A stretch of 52,126 nt of DNA, counting the filler, from Catajapyx aquilonaris (Eukaryota), in the NCBI GenBank assembly GCA_000934665.2. It is 2 parts of 2 records of this genome, joined end to end, with 100 filler letters (N's around TTAATTAATTAA, not from the genome) between each part and the next. Parts side by side here need not be neighbours in the genome. Positions count along the whole stretch, not along the records: positions 1 to 25,948 come from JYFJ02005287.1; positions 26,049 to 52,126 come from JYFJ02005288.1. The stretch is one strand, 5' to 3'. The notes under the pieces were generated by a model. The model had not been told where the DNA came from. It did no database searches and saw only the letters and a list, made by a program, of their open reading frames with translations. Shown one piece after another: positions 13,174 to 26,825 of the stretch; position 1 is the first letter of the stretch; every line of letters begins with the position of its first letter. A program made the translations under genes and the position numbers.

Positions 13174-14778
13174 AAATGATGACAGCGTAGAAATGTGCAA
13201 AACATTTAGAAATATTATAACAGTCCCATGTTGATCCTTGGGTGTGAATGTGATAATAGTGTAAGCTCGTCGAGTGCAATTTTGAAGAACCACCACGGTA
13301 GAGATAGACGACGCGACGTCGGCATTCAGTGAAATGGGCAACAAAGCCGCTTGTCCCGACTCTGCTCTTCAGTTACCACATTTCACCGACTGTCGGTCGA
13401 TGGCGGCAAGAACAAAAAGGTTTCTCGGACGCGTTTACCCGCACATTCTTGTCCCCACTTTTTCTACATAAAACTGAGATTGCAGTGCACATGACATTTT
13501 GCATGCCGGTGTAACAATCTTAGTTCCCAAGGATTGTGTTATTTTTATTTTATTTTAATGGTGGTAGACAGTTTGCTAGAGTGTTACTTTGTTACTGACA
13601 CCAAAAATTTTCGAATGCATTGGACGCATGGCACAGGGACGTATCCAGTGAATGTGCATACATGAATAGGGAAATGATATGTTGTTTCTTAAATCGCCCT
13701 GCCAACTAATGTAAATGACGCATTTCCACACAAATTGCCAAATCCAACACATAAATCCGCCTATTTCCAATATTTTATGTTTTAAGTTGGAAATAAGTGG
13801 AAAAGTGCTGAGAATGTGATGTCCACATGTGAGCAAAAAATATAGTTAACACGGAGCTCATGACTAACGTATTTGAAGCCATTGCATGGTCAGAAAATAT
13901 AGCGATGACCTTCTGACATTGATGTGGAAGATTTTTAATGCTATTTAAGTAGCGTAGTTGTAAATTACTTGTACGAGGACTACTAGGGCTTCATACATTT
14001 ATTCTTATGGATTCAAGCCTTTAGACTGTACATCGCTACGTTGCGTTGGGATGAACACTCTGTGAAGGTGCAATGCTATCCTGCACATTCCATAAAAATG
14101 TAGTGCAGCAGTAAAATATGCAACGTTGCCGTATAAGGTGTCGAGTTGTTGTGTGTACCGTAAATGATGCAGCGTTACGGTGCAGAGTCAGATTGTGGTG
14201 CACGGGTCTATCCATCTGCTTCAAATTAAACACACCAATTCCCAACTCCTACATGAACAGGTACAGTAAGGGCTAATATTTAAATGTTAGGTACCTTATA
14301 TAGGGTACTGTACAGTATAAAGGTATAATAAGTGGTTGCGTCTGTTTAATCATGTGCATGAATGTTTGCAGTAGGCCCTATACTTTTTTCTCCTGCTCAA
14401 GTTAGAATTGTCATTATTTTTTCATGGAATTTCCTGACAGCATGGCTTCAGTAAACGCTGTGTCGTTGAACAAGAATATTGTGTGTTATCCCGCGAATAT
14501 CCTTGGTTTCTGCTGTGATCAATCGTATAATCTCCTATTTTATATAGGCTACTTATCTGCTGCCATGCTATAATGCCAAAGAGTTCCTCAATTATATCTT
14601 CACTATTTCACAATAATTGAGTCAATGCATGTATTTTTATTTATCTGCGTGTAAGGAGTTTAGCACCGTGTAACGTTCGTTTCAGACTATAGAGCTCTCT
14701 CGCATAGTGCGAAAACCCATTTTTCTGACACTGTCACCCAGCACTTGAAGGTGAAGCAAAAGGAGCGTGAGAAATGAG

Positions 14779-14926
14779 CAAGGGGGTAATCACTCGACTG
14801 TAAAGTGTACACTGGAGTACCAAATTCAAGGAGTACCACGGAGTAATAAAGAGTGAGGTGCCTGAGGAGTACCAGGGAGTACCACTCCCAGGTGTACACC
14901 GGAGTACCGAAGTGATTACCCCCTTG
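14779..14926. mobile_element. 148-bp MITE with 8-bp TSD (hAT- or P-like), copy 2
   Basis: TIR caagggggtaatcac...gtgattacccccttg. Perfect TSD gaaatgag at 14771-14778 and 14927-14934. Close match to 9937-10084. Confidence 0.93.
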
Positions 14927-17900
14927 GAAATGAGCGTAAGCGAGATCTACAGTATATTGCTATGGATGTTGGAGAAAATCGCTTCACGCAATCGGAACCA
15001 AACAATGCATACTGGCAGATTATTATCATATCTACATCAGACCCACGAACGCACTCATCTTTTCGTGATCCATTTTTGGACACAACCAGTGGAAATCACC
15101 GTATTTTTTTGTATACTTTGTGTTCTCCTTCTTAACATAATATTTAACAGGCAAGCCTCTTAAATAGCACACTGGTATCATTTCCGCTCTCAAATGGCCT
15201 GATTTTACGTATTCTCCTCAGCATCCCAAACCTGAGAAACTTCGGACACACTCTACGGTAAGGACGGAAATTGAACCGGTGGGGAGCATCTCTAGGCCTT
15301 CAGCTATATAGCTTATTACCCCACCTCGTTTAGAAATTATTGGCATCTTCTATATGTACCCAAATAACCGGAAGAAAAGTAAGGTCTTTCCGCACCTCAA
15401 TATACGCAGCATACGCCTGGACTACACTATGTTTAAACTATAGCCTCCGTTTTTGAATTTTGTACAGTATTTCGACATACGAGCTACTGAACTCATTGTA
15501 TATATAATTAATAAATAAATAAATTGTGACGATCCTCACTAGAGGGCAGTGGACGTGCTGGGTGTGTACTTTTGTAAGGAGTGGCGAAACGGCCTTGCTG
15601 AAGGCTGGTCGTAATAAATGAGTTGTCCAGAACCTGTGCATTATTGGACCACAACCATGACCCTTAGTGACCTTACGGGGTCAAGGGGATGACTTGAAGA
15701 GATCACACCTCACAAAATAAATACATAAAATTTTATTAATACTGAGCTATAATGTACTTATAGCAACACCGCTGTAAAAAAAAGTTAATTAACAGACTGG
15801 AGAAAATGTGCAACTGAGCCTCCTCACCTAAACATGAAACTTCTCACAGCTGCAAGCGAAACGTTAAAATTAAAATTGTGCTATTCGAATGACACTGATT
15901 TCATCACCACCTGATTAAAAAGTAAAGTTTATTTGGTTATTAGGCTACTATTAACGTTTCAAGAAGGCGACTAACTGTATGCCTTTTCATCCGATGATTC
16001 TTCGGTTCGTAGCACAAAATCCATACTCTGGGATACAAACTTCGCAGGGCTAAATGAAGCTTGACGCAAATAATTTTGCTTGGGAGACTTCATTTTTTTT
16101 CGTCTCTCGTTCTTTTTTTTCGGTAGGGTGAGTGAGGGAGGCACAAAGTTTCCATCTTAATCTCCTGCGTGCATAAATCACCTTCCGGAGCTTTGAAATG
16201 TCGCCGTTCGATTTGTTTTCCTTCGGTGCAAGCCTTCGATCTCCTCCTCTCTCCTTTCTTTAAAAAATTAATCTGTAACTTGCCACCCATTATTCCTTGA
16301 AAAGTTGCCAATGGGCACTGAAAGGAGAAATTGTGCCCTAAAAAGGTCTGATCACTAGGAATAAAAGAGGGTTCAACTTTGGCCACTTTCAAGTTGATTG
16401 CGCACAATCGCCTTCCCAGCAATGCATATGAAGACTTTAAATTCAGAATGACCAACATCATGGTTTTGAGATACCGGTACGTTAGTTTGAAATTTGAATA
16501 TTACAGGACTATTTGTTTTCTAAAAGTTTCTCAGGGGGGGCTGTAATTTTGTTATCAGAAATATGACTCGATCTCATCAAAATGGGACTAATTGTTCTGC
16601 ATTGTACGTCTTCATGTTATAAACCCGATTGTTTTACACGAGCCCTTTTAATTTCATGATTCTTTCTCATTTTCGCTCCCACTGTCGTAAATTGAGTTAC
16701 ACCAGCAGTATTGAAACGTGCTAGTATAATCCAGATGGAACTGGACAGCGAAAGGGCAATTCAGCAGCTGGCTCTCAATTTGCGTTTCCCTTACTAGACG
16801 GACTCATACAGGGTGTAACAGAAGTCAACTTACATCCATATTGCTGAAAATGTCGCCGACCCCTCCCTTATCATAGCAATCCGGATCATACTGAAGACGA
16901 ACCAATAGAGAGCAAGCCCCGCAGCCGTACTGATAAGCTATCGGCCGTAGACATTTCCATCGATGTGAGTGAGCTGACTTCTGTTCCACCCGGTGCAAAA
17001 AAAAAGGAGTAAGGGTGGGAATAGACCTATGCTCGGAATTGATCGCAAAATCGACCCTATCACCGACACTATCTTTGTCGCCATTCCACTTGGCCACAAA
17101 ATCTGAAGTGCCTCTCAACAGATGATTACGACATCAGTTTAAAAGCGGCGGCGGACACAAGACATTGTCACAACGTGACTGCACGTTTTATCGCACTTTC
17201 CGCTTGCCGAAAAAAAAAAGTGAGATCCCGTCCCCTAATATGGGCACGTCGAACTAAATGCGCGAAATGACTACATGTATCCCGGACCTTCGCATGCAGT
17301 GTGTCATCATGCCAATCCATTACGAGATTATGCCCATGTAGAGCCCTCTGCCAGTTGTGGCAATGTTTAAAAAGGTAAACATTAATGAGTGTGGCTACCA
17401 GGCCGATGTACAAGTAGATGCGAAAACGCGTGCATTTCAAATGTAAATAGCAATAAACGGATCCTGCATAGCACACCACACGCTGAATCTGATCGCATTA
17501 ATTCGGGCCAAATGGAAAACTGCGAGTATATTGGTTGACCAATTGGTTTAGTAGTGCCATGGGAAAGGTAAATCTGAGACAAGCTCTTTATACCGGCTAA
17601 GAGCGGAGGTAAACTCACAGTCGCTTAATAAACATTAATTTTATCCCCCCCCCCCTCCCAAAAAAGGCCTCAATGGCCCGGAATGGGGTAAATTTTAAAA
17701 AAACGCATTTATTTTAGTCACTAATAACTTACTAATATTAAGTCAGTAAAAACAATTGACAAAATTTAATAATTAATAACAAGTGAAATCCGACCGGATT
17801 TAACCCCATAAACACTTTTTTCACTTGACCAGGTAGAGGGCAGCAGTGGGAGTGCAGTCACACTTCTGCCCTCTAGCGGGTCACTTGAAAATACACATTA

Positions 17901-18269
17901 AGCCTCGGATTTCCCCATGGAAATTGCACGGTATTTGACTCCCTAGACAGTGGCTGTTCATAAGACCAACAAAAAGCTAGATAAAGAAGGCACAATCTGA
18001 GCTGGCACGTTTGCTACCGGAGCACGTACACTTCTCATTACCTCTCCCGTATTTTATGCCCCAACCTTCCCGACTTTTGTTGGCCGCAAACTTTTACGGT
18101 CGCTGGCGTCAGGTATACCGGACGCAATTTATTGGTCGACGCTTCTACTCTCATCATTTCTCCATCAACTCTACCTTCCCTTCCCACCCACTTTCTCGTC
18201 ACCTTAACTCCAGCAAGCACAAAATGACCTGGACGCCTTGGAAATGCTACTAGATGACCTATACAGTAC

Positions 18270-18459
18270 CTCTGTGACGACGGTGTTGATGTAGCTGGTG
18301 AAGTCGTAGTCCCATCCATAGCGGCAAGGCACGGAAGGACCGGGTTTCTGAACCTCCTTCACTAGCATGCCTCTTTTGTCCAGGATTCCAGAATAATTCA
18401 GGTCGAACATGCGGCATTGGCTATGCAGTATGAGGCCTCCACGTTCCTCCAAAGGTATG
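18270..18459 (-). CDS. Exon of an SLC22/organic cation transporter (Orct-like) gene, large extracellular loop; the gene may be a pseudogene
   Basis: tttcAG acceptor, then (S)IPLEERGGLILHSQCRMFDLNYSGIL...PGPSVPCRYGWDYDFTSYINTVVTE, then a GT donor. The C..GW.YD......T.VTE pattern precedes the WDLVC motif in SLC22 proteins. Confidence 0.7.
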
Positions 18460-21400
18460 CTGAAATGTTTCAAGTAGTGAGTTATTTCAGGTGATAATTG
18501 CATTGAAGACACGGTTAATTGTCCAAAATGTATGATGACTTGATGAGCATTGATCACTTTATGCAAATTATTAATGTGGTTACCGAAGACTCGTTATCAA
18601 AATAATAGGCTTCAGACACAATTCGGTGGTTCCATTTTCAGATCAGCCAGTGGGTGTCAGGTCATAATCATCGATTTTTGTGAAAAAATATAATTATGTG
18701 AAACCCACATCCAATTGAACCTTTATGGAGCAATCAGTTTTACGAGATTAAATTTATTTGTCGAGATATTAATATTTATTTTAAGGGGTACCAAAATCTC
18801 AATGACGGGAAGATGCACTTCTCCATTCCTTTCAATGAGTATAATATTTCCGGAACCGTTCCGAAAACCGATATGAAAATTTAAATTCATGGTTTTGGAA
18901 TAATTCACTGTTATGTTATGCATACATTTATCTTATTTAAATGGTACAGTCACCTTCAAAAAAATCTCCAATCTTACATATTTTCGTCAAAAATCGCACA
19001 TTTCGCAATTTAATACACCGTTATGGTATCTATATAATTATATTCGTTGGACCAGTGGCACATAACAAAGTACAGGATAGCCCCAGATTATTCCCTTGTT
19101 TAACAGAACTGGGGTTTGATGATCCCTTCTTCGCGCGCACCTGGCAAAGGCTTAACCAACTCCACCCAGTATTAAATTCAAAACGTGTCCTATCCCCACA
19201 AGTTTCTTCGTAATTATAAACGAGGGTGAAAATAGTGGAAGTGCATTAATTTTAAGGACTTGTATCGACCATGCCCTCCAGTTGGGGAGGAAGGAAGTGA
19301 ACAAAATTCGGTCACATCCCGGAGCCAATCGGCTAAGAGCCCCTAAGCCACAGAGTTCTCGTTGTGTTCAGAAGTTCACTGCATGCTATACTATACGTAT
19401 ATTGACGTCACAGTTTGAGTGTTTTAAATTACTTACATCATCCGTCTAGGCACTTGAGTTACATTTTAGCCCTTCGAGACACCTCGTTAGATGCTAATGC
19501 GTTTCCCTTTGAAAAGTCAAGTAACATGGTCACTGGGCATCAGTTATGCAGGAAAAAATATAACATAGGGATTCCTTACATAGGCTACATTTGTAGTTAT
19601 GAGGTGTTTCCATATTGCCATCACCATGGCACATTGAGCGAATCTTTGAAAACAGTAACAAATAATAGTGAAGAACTGCCACTTCAACACTATTTATTTG
19701 ACTCTGTAGCACACTTTAAACAAAATAATAATTTTCAGTGGCACAGTGCAACATTGCCTGTAGATCATGGCCACCTGAATCTGTGCACAATCATTGCTGT
19801 GCCATTATTGTCTGACAATAATGTACCCAAATGGAAACATCTGTAATATTACAAGTTGTTGACTTTAAAAAAAATTACTGCCCGTTTCCATTTTGCCCTG
19901 AACCGATAAACTGTTCTGAATGAGAAAATGGCACAATTACTTATCGAAGGCTTCTATGTACAGGGTGTTCCACAAGTTCTAGAACCATTATTAGGAGTTT
20001 CCTGTTACAGTGTTGTCGAGTGTTGTAGTGTATGGATACTATTACATATACATGTATATGTGGTAACCATATACGGTACTACAACAATGTAATAGGAAAG
20101 TCCTCGTATATATTCAAACTTGAGGGACACCCAGGGGGGGGGGGGGGGAAANCGCACGCGCAGACGTCAAAGAGCGCGCCATTACAATGGGCCGGATCCA
20201 GCAGAGCTGCTTATTCTTTGGCAGTTTCGAGTTTGTCCCTTATAGAGGGCAGTAGCTAGCAGACATCCATGGTTGGTTTTATTTTGCAAACACCATCCGT
20301 TACGGCGGGAAAAAATATTTTCGGGTGTTTGCAATTGCAAACACTATGCCGCAAAGGGTTAGGACGATTGCCTTCGACCTTTAAGGGTTCACTTCCCAAA
20401 TCTAAAAACGAGGTAACCTGCTTATTGACCTTCTAATTTCTAAATATTTTTCTACCTTTAGGGCTCCACCCTACCAACAGTTGTAGATAAGTTTGGAGCA
20501 CGGTGTGTTGATCTCCAGCAAAGTAAATTCATACCGGTCGAACAACTCCACTAGTCGTCTATTCAGCCAGATTGCATACTAGTGAGTTTCTCCAGGCCAG
20601 TGTACATAATAAGGCGCAACTCCAAACTAGAAACAATGCAGGGGACCGTGATTTTCCACAGAGTTCCAACATCCCGCGTCCTACCGGGGTAGACCGAAGG
20701 CACAAAGAATCCGAATTTCACGAATGACGTATATAATGGCTTAACCGTTGCATGTCACGGACTCGATTTGAGGGCAGAAGAGGCCGAGCCGTGCATCGTT
20801 TGCAAGCGACAAGCTCTAACAAGAGAAATTAATGAAGTGTCGCCTTTCTACCATCCCCCCATCCCTCCCATCAGACTTGGCTCCTAAATTGAAAGAGCGA
20901 AGTAAAGTTGATGAGAAACGAATCGGTCCCGTCGGTCCTATGGTATACTGTACGATTGGAAAAAAATACATTATTTTTCAAAAACACAATTTCGGTACTG
21001 ATGGCCAGCATTTTTTTTTCTCTACAAATGGGTTGGATCCAAATCCTAGTGCTGATTTCACTGATCTGTTGGCAAGTGTCTAGGGAGTGTACATGGTTTG
21101 TAATAATACCCATCGCTTTATCTGGAACTTTTCCGTGTTGGAAAAGTGGAGATAAGGGCCAGCGCTTGGAATTCTGATGATCCTGCCTTTCCAACATGGG
21201 TCCCCGCGGCTCACTTTTATCTCTCGGATAATTAGGCGCTTCGGGACGCATCACGAAAGGTGCACCCAGAACAATCCCTACATTTTTAACCCCCTCCAAA
21301 CCACCACCCTCTCGACTAAACGTGCCATTTTGCCGATTACACGTAAGTGCGACGGTTCTTCTCATTTGGTCTAATCAGTCAAATGATATTATCATGCTCG

Positions 21401-22194
21401 AAAGTACACCTCTTTTACTCGGCAATTAAAATGTAATGCCTACGTGTACCATTCAGAGGGCATGAAATGTGTGCAAATCCTAAGCCGCAAATATGAGATT
21501 TTTTTTCCTTTCTAAATAACTGGCAAAGGGGTATGAGGAGAGGAAGATGAACAGTTCTGGTAGAATATGGTGTCAACAGACTGTATGTAGTGCTTGGAGA
21601 AGAGGATCCAGGGAGGAATAGAGGAAGGGAGATGTGTCAGGTGAAGTGTGTCATGTAATTGATTTGTGGACGTCCTACCAGGCCATAATAGTGGAACAAG
21701 TGGTGAATCATGATACGCCGAGAAGGGTCCAAACTTTGCTGCGATATTAAAGCGCAGAGAGAGGGGCTTAGGATGTACAGAGGACACTATTGGGGTGCTC
21801 AATGTTTGGATCAGTCATAAGTAATCATTAAGCCCCATCTTCCATTTTTCGATGATTACGTGTAATAATCATTATTTATGCCGAACCTTATTCCCTTATT
21901 ACCTTAAAAACTCATTATAAGTTATTTTAAAAGCGATTGCCTTGCAAGATTCACTCATCCAATATTGTCCTGGCCATCTTTAATAACACTGCGGTTGTAA
22001 TTGAATTCCACGCAAATTGGTGTTCCGCATTCCCCCATTGCAATGTATAAAGCCTGCAGGTAACATCGACAGTTACAGTGTGGTTATGGGTTGCCACCAC
22101 TCCCTGCCCCAAGGGATGAGTTTAAAAATAATTTGTTAAGGTGTTAGTAGGCCTATTGTTTACGAACTTACCAACCACTACTGAAAATTTGGAC

Positions 22195-22567
22195 CATGGT
22201 TATTGAAGACTCAGGTTAGGTCACTCCCCACCCACCCTCTGCCGAAGGATTACGCACCGGGTGGCCACTTGAGATCGCTACGAGACATTTCCCAAGGCTA
22301 TCATGTGGCGACCCTACCGGACTAAGGCTGAACTTTACAGGTACGAAAGGGGGGGGGCTACATTGGGGGGCCCAACATGGCCGCTGGCGGCCATGTTGGG
22401 CCAGCATGTAGCCCTCCCCTTCGTACCTGTAAAGTTCAGCCTTAGTCCGGTAGGGTCGCCACACGATAGCCTTGGGAAATGTCTCGTAGCGATCTCAAGT
22501 GGCTACCCGGTGCGTAATCCCTCGGCAGGTGATAACGCCAGAACGTAGTATAAGTGTCCGTGGGCTG
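22195..22567. mobile_element. Non-autonomous DNA element with 8-bp TSD, CA...TG ends, no TIR and internal palindrome, copy 2
   Basis: TSD atttggac at 22187-22194 and 22568-22575. Inverted arms span ~22239-22528. Shares both asymmetric ends with 212-581. Confidence 0.88.
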
Positions 22568-23902
22568 ATTTGGACTGTCAGAGCAGCGCCACATTCTCTC
22601 CGACCACCACCTCTCTTGTCGTAATAAAAGATTACACACCACGTCTTCATGAGTCCCCCAATCCAAAACCTGCAGAGTTTACTGTGATCTCCCCGAGAAA
22701 TTGCACTTCATAAATTTCATTTATATTATTTACATTCCATAACATCGGATTTTTCACTTACACCTTATTTCCTACATGGGGTGGCACATCCATGCGTGGT
22801 CATGTCACACTGGAAGATCTTTCTTTCTTGCTAGCATTACTAAGATAAAGAGGTAATATCTTGAACTGGTCTTCCCTTCGTTTAGCATTCACTGGAGCGT
22901 CGCATTTTGATAATGTCAAGCTATCTCATAAGCTGTTCCCAAAGCGGTGACGTCATTACGTTTAACGCGCTCCAGTGCGGACTTCATAAAACTCGGCCCA
23001 CTTCAGTAACTGCCAGAAGATAAAATTCTTTCTGCGCTTAACTGATGCATGAAATTGAGAAGGAAATTCGAAGTTTGTTGAATAACTTCATCAACTCCCC
23101 TGTAGACAGTATACACTCAGTTTGTCTTAAGTTTCACTACGCATAAATATTATATTAAGTGCCGAAACATTCTCAGAAGACTTGTTTCTTTGAGGTATAA
23201 CCGTTCTAGTTAATCTATAATGACACATGAGGGAATAAAATATACACTGGTATAAGTGAAAAAGCTTCGGAAGCACTCAGATTTCAACGCAGTTTATCGA
23301 CACGAGCAAGTTATTAATATACGTAAATTATGCATAAATTGCTGAGAAATACTGTATATTGTGTGAAGAATCTGCAACTTTGTATTATCAGTCACTGCCA
23401 TGTGAATAATTTATTATGTTTCAAGAGTGACGGTTAACTGCATATTAAGGTTGAATGAGCTCTTGGGCACCACAGGTGTTGCCAGCAGTGTTTTCTAGCT
23501 ATTTGTTTTCCGTAAGAAAGGTGCATTTTCCAAGACAGGAAAACATGTCGCAAGTTGCATGTCTGCAGGAGTAATTTCAATTCTGAAGTAGAAAGTGACA
23601 CAACTCGATATCTTCGTGGAGCGAACTGGACGTCAGATTACCTGTCGTGGAAAATGATGTGCTTTTCGGCTGCTTCTGTTTAGTGACAGGTTGAATGGCA
23701 GTCCCCAAATTGGATTATTCCGGCCTAATTTGCATGGAGGACACCAGCAGGATTGCCAGAATTTCAGAAACCATGGTCCGATGCACCTAGATTGTGACAA
23801 ACACGGATTCATCACACACTTCGGACCTGTTGCCCGTTTGTGACATAAGGACGTGATTATAGGATCAGTCAGTTACTTTACGTTTACATCGACCTGCAGG
23901 TC

Positions 23903-24015
23903 TCAACCATTCAGGTGAGAACCGTCATGAGACAATATACCAACCACAATGTTACTTATTCCAAGAGAATTTGAAGTAGTTTGCATATGGTGATTACAAC
24001 ATTGTGTTGTGCGAC
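23903..24015 (-). mobile_element. Decayed SGNH-esterase fragment (LINE ORF1-type)
   Basis: Minus-strand translation ...CCNHHMQTTSNSLGISNIVVGILSHDGSHLNG* contains the DGxHLN catalytic block. Confidence 0.4.
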
Positions 24016-24541
24016 TTAAAGAGCCTTTGCCAGATATGATGGTTTGTAAGAAAAAGAGAGCATATAGGCACGCTCAGCGCTAAGGGTGAAGGTAATTTTG
24101 TCTGAAGCTGTCTTCTCTTGTATGTTATCCGTCAACGGCCTAAGGGAAGATATATACGGGATGCTACAGAAACAAATCTGTGCCTCTCGTCAACCTGCAG
24201 GCAACACATGACCAAGTCAATAACAATTTTTCCTTTGTGCAAACAATCCTGGTAAGACCTACTCTGAACTCGTCCTAGCAGGAAAAAGAGGCCGTGTATA
24301 GTCCATATTTTCTTTGTCAATATTTCGTAGAAACATGCGTCTTCAGGCTCATTTAATTTAATCCAACTCCCAATCTACCCGTAACAAAGCTAATTGAGCA
24401 ACGATCGTAACCTGCAATTATTGCAGTAACTTGATTTATTATTATTATTATTAACAGCACTGAAATTAAAAATACATAGAATACTGCTAATTAGGTTAAT
24501 ATAATATTATTTCTATAAAGGTGCAAGCAGCGTGTACTGTA

Positions 24542-24689
24542 CTATGGGGCTCGAATTTATTGTTTTGGCCACTTTATCCTGGTCTTGAAGCAACCCTTCA
24601 CACACACACACACCTTCTCGCCGTGGGGCATGTGTGAAGGGTTGTTTCAAGACCAGGATAAAGTGGCCAAAGCAATTTGAGCCTCATAG
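24542..24689. mobile_element. Palindromic MITE flanked by TA
   Basis: TA|CTATGGGGCTC...TTGGCCACTTTATCCTGGTCTTGAAGCAACCCTTCACAC and its reverse complement ending GAGCCTCATAG|TA. A (CA)n run sits at the inner end of the left arm. Confidence 0.85.
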
Positions 24690-25948
24690 TACCTTGCACA
24701 AACCTCAGCAAGTTCTCTCTCCCGAAACTCCGGGGTTACAATGGTCATCTGGCAGAGTTACACTCTGCTCGAGATGTTTACGGTGCCACATAATACTATC
24801 AGATGCGATTGTACTGTATATTATCACTCCATGTTGAACCTCAGCCACTGTTGTTTAAACACAATGCACTACAGGCTACCTCCTTGACAGTTTCTGAGAA
24901 GAAGGGCCAAGAGAGAAAGTCCCAAGCTGGCTGGAAACCCACCCCCTTTGTATGTAGACCCACAATTGTAGATTTCAAATACTTCTGAAGCACTCCTGCA
25001 CCAAGTGTACATGAAAGTCTGTCTGAAGTTGAGAACACTACTTCAAAGTACGCGCATTGTAGTCCAGATGTCCCATGTGATTGAGGTAAGTGTTTCCATT
25101 CCTATAGCCACATGTACTTTACAATGAACCTCTTGACCTGATCAGTACGTGCGTGGACTCTCGCTTGGAAAAATCCGGAGGCACAAAAACCATACTGCAT
25201 TGCTCATCACACACACGACTGTTACGGGCGACAGAGTTCCCTTTGTTGCATGAGGCCCCGCATAGTACTACGTATTACTCAAATAACGTCATACGTACAG
25301 TAGGTGTCAATATCATTCAGTGGGTCGCGTCAAGAAAGAAATATCCCAATCGACAGTCAAAATTGATGGTGTCATCATGCAAAAGTTCACGTAGATCGAG
25401 ATACCCTTTTGCAGGACAAAAAAAGCAAAGAAGCGCTTTAAAAATATTTTTTGCGCTGTTGTGAAAGGTATTCCAACAAGGCAGAACACTCCTGAAGTGA
25501 GTATTTTACACAAAAAGCAAAACTCAAAAAAATGGCGGAAATAAGCCGAAAAAATTTTAGTATCCCCAAAACTTCAACTGACTGTCCTGAATGGCTGGGG
25601 CGAGTTGGGATACGCCCTTCTTGCCGCGACCCACTCTATTTTTTTTAGTTCACATTTAGTTGGATTGTTTCTCCAGCAAGAGTAGGGTATGTTTACTAAC
25701 AACTCGACATTTACACATGTCTTTTATTGCAATTCACGTTGTTTCCACGAACCTTAGTGGTCGCATCTCCATTCACTAAATAATCATATCTTGTTGCAAA
25801 GTAGGTTACATTTAATCTAATTAAGAGTCGGAGTAAGTGCAGGTTGCATAGGATAAAATAATAACACAAATATGCACTCAAGTGAGAACTTTTTACGCAA
25901 AACATGTAACTTACGAACAGTGGCGGATCCAGAAATTTTTTCTGGGGG

Positions 25949-26048
25949 NNNNNNNNNNNNNNNNNNNNNNNNNNNNNNNNNNNNNNNNNNNNTTAATTAA
26001 TTAANNNNNNNNNNNNNNNNNNNNNNNNNNNNNNNNNNNNNNNNNNNN
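25949..26048. other. Scaffold gap (100 positions) with an embedded TTAATTAATTAA spacer
   Basis: N run with ttaattaattaa at 25993-26004. The left edge is a hAT-like MITE end (cagtggcggatccag) followed by poly-G. Confidence 0.95.
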
Positions 26049-26527
26049 GGAGGGGGTGGTGGAAAAGGGAGCTATCTACGGTCTCTATCTCCGCCACACT
26101 ACGCATGCACACTTGTTCAACAACCAGCTCTTACTAACCCGTCACCGAACAGTTATTGTGCAAATATCTCCCTTTTGGGTCGAACAAGATAACACTCTCT
26201 TTTTTTTTTTTTCTATTTTTCGATGGGTTACTTCTCACGCTCGAGCACAAATTTTGATTAGTTGATGCCAGCTCAGACTTGGATGTCAAAAGAAAGAAAA
26301 AAAAAAAAGAGAGAGAAAAAGTTCGAGTACGTAACCCATCAAGTCTATATTGCAATCATCTAAGGATTGATAACAAATGCGATTTTAATGATAATGATTC
26401 CGAAATGTTCAAGTGTATCGTTGTCGAAATATTTGTTATGCATGTTATACTGTTTGATAGTGCAGTGAAACCGGTCTTCTGTTACATCATTGATCATGTT
26501 TCCATTATGCAGGACTCTTGCTCTATA

Positions 26528-26825
26528 CACTCTAAGAAATGTCCGGGTTAAATGTATTTATCCTGGAAAAAAGATCACTTTTGTCATGGTTATTTAACCC
26601 GGACATTTCTTAGAGTCACTCTAACAAATGTCCGGGTTAAATAACCATGACTAAGAAATGTCCTGGTTAAATAACCATGACAAAAGTGATCTTTTTTCCG
26701 GGATAAATACATTTAATGTCCGGGTTAAATAACCATGACTAAGAAATGTCCGGGTTAAATAACCATGACAAAAGTGATCTTTTTTCCCGGGATAAATACA
26801 TTTAACCCGGACATTTCTTAGAATG
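26528..26825. repeat. Rearranged array of a ~90-bp mini-MITE (inverted and tandem units), flanked by TA
   Basis: TA|CACTCTAAGAAATGTCCGGGTTAAA ... TTTAACCCGGACATTTCTTAGAATG|TA. The units aatgtccgggttaaataaccatgac and gacaaaagtgatctttttt recur in both orientations. Confidence 0.85.

Noticed and set aside
21512..21802. Possible I-clade LINE remnant (PLSLR...PPW)
   Set aside because: Too short and degenerate to support without a search.
22216..22548. ORFs with the same N-terminus (MWRPYRTKAELYRYE) on both strands
   Set aside because: Mirror product of the palindromic element, not genes.
24315..24352. Minus-strand CTGAAGA...GAAA hammerhead-like core
   Set aside because: Stem II cannot close (C opposite C) and I see no stems I or III.
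25993..26004. TTAATTAATTAA inside the N run
   Set aside because: Artificial six-frame-stop spacer from scaffolding, not biological.
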